A DNA stretch of 64,000 nt from Ranitomeya imitator (taxonomy: Eukaryota). Made by a program: the position numbers and the translations under genes. This document shows, piece after piece, positions 1-10,451 of the stretch. Position 1 is the stretch's first letter; the number at the start of each line of letters is the position of its first letter. Below the pieces are notes generated by a model. That model saw only the letters and a list, made by a program, of their open reading frames with translations. It made no database searches and was not told the origin of the DNA. The DNA is taken from assembly GCF_032444005.1 (NCBI RefSeq), contig NC_091289.1, positions 16,120,001-16,184,000 on the forward strand, read 5' to 3'.

Positions 1-465
1 GGGGGGCGGTCCTGTTACTGTGTAGAGTGACACTATGTCGCCTTTTTTTCTTCATGTGGTGTAATGTAGAAGTTGTGGAAAATTAAGTAATGTGTTCTGC
101 AAGCGGAGCTCGAGATAACTGTGTTATTTCCTGCAGAAACGAGTCCTGGCTGGAAGAAATGATGGTGGTCTGTGCTGGATGAAAGATGAAGGACTTTACC
201 TAGAGACATCACTGGTGAGTCAGTGTTACCTATACACTGACACTATACACTGTATACTATATACAGAGGTCCTGTGTACAATGTCACCAGTGATCACTGT
301 ATTACCTATACATTATATACAGAGCTCCTGTGTATAATACCACCAATGATCTCTGTATTACCTCTACACAGACACTGCATACTAAGTACAGATCTCCTGT
401 GAATACTGGCACTTATGGTGATAGTATTGTGGTTTTTCTTTTTTATTACTGATCAGTATTGTAGT

Positions 466-794
466 CAGGGCCGGACTGGCCATTGGGCAATTCTGGCAAA
501 TGCCAGAAGGGCCTGTCTGGTCATGGGCTGCCTTGTCTGCTATGTTGTTAGCAGAATCAGTGTTCTCAAGACTCCCATACTGTTAACAGTTGTGACAGAG
601 TACAATGTCACTGACTCCGTCACTTACCCCAGCAGGCCACAGGTATCATTAGAAATATTGGTCTTGTAAATCTTGCTTTCCTCCATCCACGATAATGTTA
701 ATAACATATCCCCATCTGTTGCTTGGAAATGGGACAACATTGGCCTGTGTGATTGCAAATGCCAGGGCTGAATTTAAGTCCCAGTCCGTACCTG
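466..794. mobile_element. hAT-family MITE with 8-bp target-site duplication
   Basis: Termini CAGGGCCGGACTGG and CCAGTCCGTACCTG; identical flanking direct repeat ATTGTAGT at 458-465 and 795-802. Confidence 0.85.
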
Positions 795-838
795 ATTGTA
801 GTATTCAGTCACTATGTGGTGGTAATATGTGGTCTGGA

Positions 839-1232
839 AATGGTGTTGTGGTATTTGTCCCTTGTATGTGCTATTTGGTCACCAAGTGGTGGTAATATGT
901 GATCTTGACATGGTGCGGTGGTATTTGTTCCTTGTATGTGATATTATTCGATCACTCTGGTTGTAATTTGTGGTGTGGTCATGGTGTGGTGGTATTTGTT
1001 CCTTGTATGTGATATTATTCGATCACTGTGGTTGTAATTTGTGGTGTGGCCATGGTGTGGTGGTATTTGTTCCTTGTATGTGATATTATTCGATCACTGT
1101 GTGGTTGTAATTTGTGGTGTGGTCATGGTGTGGTAGTATTTGTTCCTTGTATGTAATATTATTCGATCACTGTGGTTGTAATTTGTGGTCTGGTCATGGG
1201 GCGGTGGTATTTGTTCCTTGCATGTGATATTG
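839..1232. repeat. 71-bp tandem repeat, about 5.5 copies
   Basis: Unit ATGGTGTGGTGGTATTTGTTCCTTGTATGTGATATTATTCGATCACTGTGGTTGTAATTTGTGGTGTGGTC recurs at about 910, 981 and 1052 and onward. Confidence 0.85.
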
Positions 1233-1649
1233 GTCATTTTAAAAATTGAAAAATAAATCAAAATATACCTACATTGTATTGCATATTTTAACTAATATTT
1301 AATAGGTTACAGTAGAGTAGGGCCCGGCCATTTTTCTGGAATAACCTGGTTCAGGTATATCATGACCCCCGTCACAAGACCCCCGTCACATGACCCCCTT
1401 CACATGACCCACCTCACATGACCAGGGGGGCCCACAGTGTCTGAACAGCCCGGGGCCCTGGCTACGCTTAATCCACCCCTGGTCCTCCATATAGTAGAAC
1501 ACACTCCTCCATATATTTAACGAGTCATAAAGCACAAAGTTACACTGTGGCAAAGAGTAAAGTGATATCACTCTTCCATCAAAAACATCAAGACAAGATT
1601 TTTTTTTGTGTGAGAATACTCCCTGATAAATCCAAACCAAAAACATGGA

Positions 1650-2147
1650 GTAAGCACAAAATCTCACAAATCATTATAAAATGTTTCACTTATTTAGTAA
1701 ATATGAAAGAACAAATATATCAAAGAACGTAATACAATACATACAGGAGACATCCGAGGAACAAACTAGTGGTATAACAGAGAGTACATGGGAACAGAAG
1801 TAACATTCTTCATAGTAAAAGCCCAGTTTATGTGCCAATGCACAAGGTGAAAGAGACACAGCTTGTCATTAAATCCATAACACAGTTGCATAGATGAACA
1901 TGTCGCCAGTCCCAAGATGCACCAAAGTAATCATAAAGGCTTACCCATGATTTAGAGTGAATCCCATAAACTGGGCTTTTACTATGAAGAATTTTACTTC
2001 TGTTCCCATGTACTCTCTGTTATACCACTAGTTTGTTCCTGGGATGTCTCCTGTATGTATTGTATTACGTTCTTTGATATATTTGTTCTTTCATATTTAC
2101 TAAATAAATGAAACATTTTATAATGATTTGTGAGATTTTGTGCTTAC
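1650..2147. repeat. Long near-perfect inverted repeat (183-bp arms, 132-bp spacer)
   Basis: 1650-1832 is the reverse complement of 1965-2147, with about 3 mismatches by manual alignment. Confidence 0.9.
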
Positions 2148-3330
2148 ATTCCTCCATATAGTATAATACACTCCTCAGTCCTCCATATAGTATACCGTAA
2201 TACACTCCTCAGTCCTCCATATAGTATAATACACTCCACATAGTCCTCCATATAGTATAATACACTCCTCAGTCCTCCATATAGTATAATACACTCCTCA
2301 TAGTCCTCCATATATTAAAGTACACTGCAATTCCTCCATATAGTATAATACACTCCTCAGTCCTCCATATAGTAGAATACACTCCTCCATATAGTATAAT
2401 ACACTCCTCAGTCCTCCATATAGTATAATACACTCCTCAGTCCTCCATATAGTAGAATACACTCCTCCATATAGTATAATACACTCCTCAGTCCTCCATA
2501 TAGTATAATACACTCCTCAGTCCTCCATATAGTATTATACACTCCACATAGTCCTCCATATAGTATAATACACTCCCCATAGTCCTCCATATAGTATAAT
2601 ACACTCCTCATAGTCCTCCATATATAAAATACACTGCAATTCCTCCATATAGTATAATACACTCCTCAGTCCTCCATATAGTAGAATACACTCCTCCATA
2701 TAGTATAATACACTCCTCAGTCCTCCATATAGTATAATACACTCCTTAGTCCTCCATATAGTATTATACACTCCACATAGTCCTCCATATAGTATAATAC
2801 ACTCCCCATAGTCCTCCATATAGTATAATACACTCCCCATAGTCCTCCATATATTAAAATACACTGCAATTCCTCCATATAGTATAATACACTCATCAGT
2901 CCGCCATATAGTATAAAGTACTGCCACAGTCCTCCATATAGTATAATACACTCTTCAGTCTTCCATATAGTAGAATACACTCCTCCATATAGTATAATAC
3001 ACTCCTCAGTCCTCCATATAGTATAATACACTCCTCAGTCCTCCATATAGTATTATACACTCCACATAGTCCTCCATATAGTATAATACACTCCTCACTC
3101 CTCCATATAGTATAATACACTCCCCATAGTCTTCCATATAGTATAATACACTACTCATAGTCCTCCATATATTAAAATACACTGCAATTCCTCCATATAG
3201 TATAATACACTCCTCAGTCCTCCATATAGTATAATGTACTGCCACAGTCCTCCATATAGTATAATACACTCCTCAGTCCTCCAAATAGTATAATACATTC
3301 CTCATAGTGCTCCATATAGTATAATGCCCT
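2148..3330. repeat. 29-bp minisatellite with 22-bp variant units
   Basis: Unit TCCTCCATATAGTATAATACACTCCTCAG. It accounts for the YYTIWRTEEC-type ORFs in the track. Confidence 0.95.
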
Positions 3331-4181
3331 GCCATTGTCATCCATGTAGTACAATTCACTTCCCATAGTATAATGCACCCCATAATTCTTCATATAGTAT
3401 AATGTATTCCCCATAGTCCTCGATACAGTATAATGCAGCCACCCCACAGAATATATTGTAACCCCTGAGTATAATGAAACCCCCAAGAGAATATAATGCA
3501 GCCCCCTCATATAGAATAATGCAGCCCCTGCATATATAATATATGGTAGCCCCCTCATAGAACATAATGCAGCCCCCCATAGAATATAACGTAGCCCCTC
3601 CATAGATTATAATACAGCACCACATAGAATGTAATACAGCCCCCCATAGAATGTAATGCAGCACAGCCCCCATAGAATGTAATGCAGCACAGCCCCCATA
3701 GAATGTAATGCAGCACAGCCCCCATAGAATGTAATGCAGCACAGCCCCCCATAGAATTTAATACAGTCCCCCCCCCAATTGCCCCACAATCCAGTTATCA
3801 CTCATTGATATATTTTTAAAAACAACACTCTCCTCACCTCTCCTCGTGCCCCGCGCTGCTCCCGGCTCCAGTCTCAGCAGCTGCAGTCTGCCCGCCCGAC
3901 ACACAGCAGGTGCGTGATGATATGATGTCATCGCGCACCCGCAGTGTCAGAGGCAGTGGGGAATGATGGGAGAGGGAGCGACAGCAGACGCTCTCTCCTC
4001 CATCATTGCATTCAACTGTACCGGCATCATAGACGCCGGTATAGTTAAATGCGGTGGCGCTGATGGGGGGGGTGAGTCGGCGCTGGCAGGTAGGTAGGTG
4101 GCAGTCGTGGGCGAGCGGCCCACGACTGCCACCTACCCTTCTGGCATTTGCCAGAAATGCCCGATGGCCAGTCCAGCCCTG
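3331..4181. mobile_element. End of a non-autonomous hAT-like element with degenerate 26-bp subterminal repeats
   Basis: ATAGAATGTAATGCAGCACAGCCCCC repeats at about 3620-3760. The terminus CCCTTCTGGCATTTGCCAGAAATGCCCGATGGCCAGTCCAGCCCTG (ending 4181) is a near-identical reverse complement of the 466 terminus. Confidence 0.6.
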
Positions 4182-5138
4182 CATAACGGCCATCCAAAAG
4201 GAAACCCAACCAGAAGGGTCGATCAGGGGGCCAGTTTGGGTTACCAGTGCTATCTCCTTATTTAAGGTGATCAGTTGTTAATGGAACTTACAACCTTCCT
4301 ACAAGGATTTCATCATTCTACTGTGCAGAGGATTTGGTGCTCTGTATAAGAAAAAGGCTAAACATTATAGGGACTTTATAAAGCGCCACCCTATATGTAG
4401 TGGCTGTGCCTGGTACTACAGCTCAGTCCTGTTAGTCGGCTGCAGTACCAGGCACAGCCACTACAAGGTGTATGGAGTTCATCCAGGAAAACAATTAAAG
4501 GGGACAAATCGCTCAGTTGGGAGTCAGACGGCCAATGGTCCGATATTAATGGCAGATCCTATGTGCATCAGGTGAACCCACAGGTTTTGGAAGGACAGTA
4601 TATTCTTCTAATGTGTGTAGGGGTGTCCGGATTCTCCCAGTGTTGGATAAGGAAGGGTTGGGCATGTTGTACTTTAACATGCCCAATCAGAAGTGTTAGT
4701 CCCTTCTTCGGACTGAGCACACATATGTATTACGGAAGGTTATAACAAGGCATAGTAGTCAGACGGCTAAGTGTTTAACTAACTGTATGACCACCTTAAA
4801 GGGGTTGGCCCATTAACAACACGTATCACCTAATCACCGCATAGATGATACATGTATAATTGATGGAGGGTCCGGCTGCTGAGGCCCCCACTGATCCCAT
4901 GAAAAGGGAGCTCGAAGTTCCCGATGAGACTGCAGCTGTATTGAGCATGTGCGACCACTGCTCCTATAGCCTGGTGGTCGCACATGCTCACTGCCATAAG
5001 ACTTTGGAAGCCATAGCATAAATTTATCACCTATCCTGTGCATGGGTAACACATGTTAAACCTATAAATAGCGCCATAAAGGATATGAATGTAATGGAAA
5101 CCCCCTTTAAGTGTATACACGACGCCACAACCACTCAC

Positions 5139-5201
5139 AGCCGTCACAATAATCACTGAGCTGAAGTTGCATGAAGGAATTTGCACATTCCGCCCCGATA
5201 A
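5139..5201 (-). CDS. IL17RE: Candidate exon 4 of the IL-17 receptor gene (63 nt, phase 1 to 1; VIGAECANSFMQLQLSDYCDG)
   Basis: Strong donor T|GTGAGT at 5138 and an open frame matching the phase of exon 3. The acceptor (attaaccag) is weak, and an alternative acceptor at 5214 with an alternative exon-3 donor gives another reading, so the boundaries are uncertain. Confidence 0.4.
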
Positions 5202-5552
5202 CTGGTTAATACGTCTATAAACATTACTCCGTAACAAAGGTTGCTAAAATTGTCTCGGCCCGATCAATTGCGTCATAGTGTAAACAGGCGCACATGCACA
5301 AACAAACAATAAGTCATCGTGAGATTTGGACCCTGGACCTCAGTGTTGCAAAGCAACAATGCTAACCACTGAGCCATTGTGTGTTAACCACTGAGCCACC
5401 ATACGCTGCCCCTGGAGATTATGAATAACAGCGCCACTCTAGTCTAAAGGCCGTGTGTGGTATTGCAGCTCAGTTCTGGTACACTTAAAGCAACTTGTGC
5501 CAATCTGCCATCACAGTGTAATAAAGAACAGACGGTGCCGTGTGTCACCTAC

Positions 5553-5699
5553 CCGAGGCGTTCACCGAAATGTTAATCCGTATGCACGGTTTACACGACG
5601 GCCCTTCATGCAGAGATACGGTGGATATGGTGAGCGATTCGGGAGGAAGCGTCCAGTATGTGACGGGGGCACTTGAATTTGATTGAAAGTAAAGTGATT
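5553..5699 (-). CDS. IL17RE: IL-17 receptor N-terminal ectodomain exon (147 nt, phase 1 to 1): ESLYFQSNSSAPVTYWTLPPESLTISTVSLHEGPSCKPCIRINISVNAS
   Basis: Acceptor ttttatttctatttttttcctgatcag and donor GG|GTAGGT; only one frame is open. The LPPxxLxxxxV...CxxCIRI pattern aligns by eye with IL17RC LAPTHLQTELVLRC...DCDLCLRV and with IL17REL. RE versus RC is assigned by synteny (first gene after JAGN1 in human). Confidence 0.78.
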
Positions 5700-6159
5700 C
5701 TGATCAGGAAAAAAATAGAAATAAAATTGGTTAATTCTCGTTGGTGTCATGCAGTCATAAACTCTCAGAATATGGCTATGCTTTCATGTACTATATAATG
5801 GCTATGCTTTCATGTACTATATAATGGCTATGCTTTCATGTACTGTATAATGGCCATGCTGTCATATACTATATAATGGCTATGCTTTCATGTACTGTAT
5901 AATGCCTATGCTGTCATGTACTATATAATGGCTATGCTTTCATGTACTATATAATGGCTATGCTTTCATGTACTGTATAATGGCTATGCTTTCATGTACT
6001 ATATAATGGCTATGCTTTCATGTACTGTATAATGGCCATGCTGTCATATACTATATAATGGCTATGCTTTCATGTACTGTATAATGGCCATGCTGTCATA
6101 TACTATATAATGGCTATGCTTTCATGTACTATATAATGGCTATGCTTTTATGTACTATA

Positions 6160-7050
6160 CTAGATTGTGGCCCGATTCTAACGCATCGGGTATTCTAGAA
6201 TATGCATGTCAATGATGATTCCAGAATTCGCGGCAGACTGTGCCCGTCGCTGATTGGTTGAGGCAACCTTTATGACATCATCGTCGCCATGGCAACCATT
6301 ATGACATCTATGTCGATACTGTGCCCGTAGCTGAATCAGAAACGCGGGATTTCTACGTCCTTTATGACATCATCGTCGCTGTGCCCGTCGCTGATTGGCT
6401 GATCGCCCGTCTAACGCATCGGGTATTCTAGATAGAATATGCATGTCCCCGTAGTAGTCCCCCGCCAGGCCTCGACCAATCTGCGACGAGCACAGCGACG
6501 ATGATGTCATAAAGGACGTAGATATCCCGCATCTCTGATTGGTCGAGGCCGCCAGGCCTCGACCAATCAGCAACGGGCACAGCGACGATTATGTCATAAA
6601 GGACGTAGAAATCCCACGTTTCTGATTCAGCGACGGGCACAGTATCGACGTAGATGTCATAATGGTTGCCATGGCAACGATGATGTCATAAAGGTTGCCT
6701 CGACCAATCAGCGATGGGCATAGTCTGCCGCGAATTCTGGAATCATCATTGTCCATATACTACAGGGACATGCATATTCTAGAATACCCGATGCGTTAGA
6801 CGGGCGATCAGCCAATCAGCGACGGGCACAGCGACGATGATGTCATAAAGGACGTAGAAATCCCGCGTTTCTGATTCAGCTACGGGCACAGTATCGACGT
6901 AGATGTCATAATGGTTGCCATGGCGACGATGATGTCATAAAGGTTGCCTCAACCAATCAGCGACGGGCACAGTCTGCCGCGAATTCTGGAATCATCATTG
7001 ACATGCATATTCTAGAATACCCGATGCGTTAGAATCGGGCCACAATCTAG
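6160..7050. mobile_element. Fold-back non-autonomous Helitron with a Helitron 3' end at both termini
   Basis: Arms 6160-6432 and 6778-7050 (273 bp) are near-perfect reverse complements. Each ends in the hairpin CCCGAT-GCGTTAGA-ATCGGG followed by CCACAATCTAG and a flanking T. Confidence 0.75.
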
Positions 7051-7362
7051 TATTATATAATGGCTATGCTTTCATATATTATATAATGGCTATGCTTTCA
7101 TATACTATATAATGGCTACGCTGTCATATATTATATAATGGCTATGCTTTCATATAGTATATAATGGCTATGCTTTCATATACTATATAATGGCTATGCT
7201 TTCATATACTATATAATGGCTATGCTTTCATATACTATGTAATGGCTATGCTGTCATATACTATATAATGGCTATGCTGTCATATACTATATAACGGCTA
7301 TGCTGTCATATCCTATATAGTGGCTATGCTTTCATGTACTATATAATGGCTATGCTGTCATA

Positions 7363-7947
7363 TCTATCTATATATATAATTGTCTAAGGGTTTTTCCGTC
7401 TGTCTGTCTGTCTGTCCTGGAAATCCCGCGTCTCTGATTGGTCGAGGCCGCCAGGCCTCGACCAATCAGAGACCGGCACAGCATCGACGTAGAAATCCCG
7501 CGTCTCTGATTGGTCGAGGCCTGGCGGCCTCGACCAATCAGCAACGGGCACAGCAACGATGATGTCATAATGGTTGCCATGGCGACGATGATGTGATAAA
7601 GGTCGCCTCGACCAATCAGCGACGGGCACAGTCTGCCGCGAATTCTGGAATCATCATTGTTCATATACTACTGGGACATGGCCAGGCCTCGACCAATCAG
7701 CAACGGGCACAGCGACGATGATGTCATAAAGGACGTAGAAATCCCACGTTTCTGATTCAGCGACGGGCACAGTATCGACGTAGATGTCATAATGGTTGCC
7801 ATGGCGACGATGATGTCATAAAGGTTGCCTCGACCAATCAGCGACGGGCACAGTCTGCCGCGAATTCTGGAATCATCATTGTCCATATACTACGGGGACA
7901 TGCATATTCTAGAATACCCGATGCGTTAGAATCGGGCCACAATCTAG
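7363..7947 (+). mobile_element. Non-autonomous Helitron, first unit of a head-to-tail dimer
   Basis: 5' TC(TA)n start, 3' subterminal hairpin and CTAG end, inserted after A, no TSD. Confidence 0.8.
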
Positions 7948-8701
7948 TATATATATAATTGTCTAAGGGTTTTTCCGTCTGTCTGTCTGTCTTTCTGTCT
8001 GTCTGTCTGTCCAGGAAATCCCGCGTCTCTGATTGGTTGAGGCCGCTAGGCCTCGACCAATCAGAGACGGGCACAGCATCGACGTAGAAATCCCGCGTCT
8101 CTGACCAATCAGCGACGGGCACAGCGACGATGATGTCATAAAGGACGTAGACATCCTGCGTCTCTGATTGGTCGAGGCCGCCAGGCCTCGACCAATCAGC
8201 AACGGGCACAGCGACGATGATGTCATAAATGGCTGCCATGGCGACGATGATGTCATAAAGGTTGCCTCGACCAATCAGCGACGGGCACAGTCTGCCGCGA
8301 ATTCTGGAATCATCATTGTCCATATACTACGGGGACATGCATATTCTAGAATACATCAGGATACAGCGCAGAAACTATGCCAGGCCTCGACCAATCAGCA
8401 ACGGGCACAGCGACGATGCTGATTGGTCGAGGCCGCCAGACCTCGACCAATCAGCAATGGGCACAGCGACGATGATGTCATAAAGGACGTAGACATCTCA
8501 CGTTTCTGATTCAGCGACGGGCACAGTATCGACGTAGATGTCATAATGGTTGCCATGGCGACGATGATGTCATAAAGGTTGCCTCGACCAATCAGCGACG
8601 GGCACAGTCTGCCGCGAATTCTGGAATCATCATTGTCCATATACTACAGGGACATGCATATTCTAGAATACCCGATGCGTTAGAATCGGGCCACAATCTA
8701 G
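7948..8701 (+). mobile_element. Non-autonomous Helitron, second unit of the dimer
   Basis: Begins directly after the CTAG at 7947 with TATATATATAATTGTCTAAGGG and ends hairpin...CCACAATCTAG|T at 8701. Confidence 0.8.
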
Positions 8702-9115
8702 TGCTTTCATATATTATATAATGGCTATGCTGTCATATACGATATCATGGCTATGCTTTCATATGCTATATAATGGCTATGCTTTCATATGCTATATAAT
8801 GGCTATGCTTTCATATATTATATAATGGCTAAGCTTTCATATATTATATAATGGCTATGCTTTCATATACTGTATAATGGCTATGCTGTCATATACGATA
8901 TCATGGCTATGATGTCATATACTATATAATGGCTATGCGGTCATCTACTATATAATGACTTTCACGTTGCACAGAAAATGAATATGCGGTCATTAGTACG
9001 GGGTACATGATGTTATATGGCTGCTGATTGATATGTGTTCATATATTACCCACAATAATTACCATTTGTTTTCTCTTTGTAATGGCTAAATAAGGAATGT
9101 AAATAAGTAATTTAC

Positions 9116-9131
9116 CTTTTAGAATATATTC
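9116..9131 (-). CDS. IL17RE: 16-nt microexon (exon 2) of the IL-17 receptor gene: GAATATATTCTAAAAG, EYILK+G
   Basis: Long polypyrimidine acceptor gtttttttttcttcattttcag and donor AAG|GTAAAT. Phase 0 to 1 exactly bridges exon 1 (phase 0) and exon 3 (phase 1). Confidence 0.7.
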
Positions 9132-9470
9132 CTGAAAATGAAGAAAAAAAAACATTATTAGACAAGAAAACAAGAAAAAAACACAAATTGTAAGCAATTC
9201 AGCAAATGACAATATCAGTCTATAGAATGAGGCATCGTTATTACAATAAGAGAACAAAACTAGTAAAATACAATATTCCATGTACCGGCGCTGTATTCAC
9301 TGCACTTCGCAGCCTAACAGCAAAGTTTCTAATACTTTTTCACAATCTCTGCTTGCTGTGATTGAATAGAAATAGTCTTCTTTACATCCGAAGGTTGATA
9401 ACTGTACAAATGTACCAGACTCCCTTTGCCATGGACATGATCAGGACAAATTTACCACTTCTGGATTTAA

Positions 9471-9820
9471 AGGAGACCTGTACCTTGCCATTAATATGTC
9501 CATTTTTGATCTGCCGCTGTTCTCCTGAATCCGGCGATGTTTTTCTTTTCTTCCTGCTCCTCACCGTTGCTGAGATATGGCCCTTTCTTTCCTGCGTGTA
9601 AAGCTAGTCTTTGTAGCCATATGGGCGTGGCCTTCAGAGGTTTCTTAACGATCCCTCCCAGTTGGATAAAAGGACTAGATTTATATACAGGAAAGAGGAG
9701 GCCATATCTCAGGAACGGAGAGGAGCAGGAAGAAAAGAAAAACATCGCCGGATTCAGGAGAACAGCGCCATTCACACCAGGGAATAAAGATATATATTTA
9801 TCACAAGTGACGGTTCCTCT
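9471..9820. mobile_element. Palindromic TTAA-flanked MITE (Kolobok/T2 type)
   Basis: TTAA|AGGAGACCTGTAC ... GTGACGGTTCCTCT|TTAA, with an internal inverted repeat of about 65 bp. Confidence 0.75.
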
Positions 9821-10451
9821 TTAAATGAGAATGATTCCATTTGCTGACAGCAAGGACACTGGCAAAAAATTGATAGGATGAAAAATGTCACATTTCGCTC
9901 TAGAAAATCAGATGTGTACGTTTTCTCTGTTGGAGGACACGATGTTCTACATGCAAATGTGCGAGGTTAATATATAATTACTGTTATGGGTATAATTACA
10001 GCAGGAGAACTGGGCACAAAATGGTGATAATTCATCCATATCACAGCGAGGACAGATTAATATCCAGAGCTCAATAGCAAGAAAACAGGATCATATTCAG
10101 AAAAATTAGAGGAAGAAGGATCCATAGGCTGGATACAAGTAACATTAGCTGTTGGACTCTTTAATCTGCCTGGACATCACTTTCTTTCCTTTTAACGGAA
10201 TAAAATAAATAGCAAATGTTATTTGTATCCGGCCGATGGATCCTTTTTTCTCTCCTTTTTTCTGAATGCATCCAATGGTCAATGGACTTGGATCCTGGCT
10301 GCACTAGTAAGAAGCAACCAACCATACATCACATCACATGAGGCTTATTTAAAAATTTAGACATATTTTTTCCAAACAGGATCGTAGATTGTACTGGGTT
10401 GTGTGTTGGTGCAGACGCTCTGAGGGTGAAGCTCAGCTATGAGCAGACTCA

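Larger units (their letters stand above)
1..1481. mobile_element. Fragment of a non-autonomous hAT-like DNA transposon; only one end is in the window
   Basis: Ends in ...GCTTAATCCACCCCTG at 1481 (reverse complement CAGGGG..., a typical hAT terminus). Contains an internal 71-bp tandem array and a nested MITE. The other end and the TSD are not visible. Confidence 0.5.
5768..8957. repeat. 26-bp satellite in three blocks (5768-6159, 7051-7362, 8702-8957) split by Helitron insertions
   Basis: Unit AATGGCTATGCTTTCATGTACTATAT. Confidence 0.9.

Noticed and set aside
4291-4340. Minus-strand 50-nt segment with strong acceptor and GTAAGT donor, a candidate IL17R exon 5
   Set aside because: Stop codons in all three frames.
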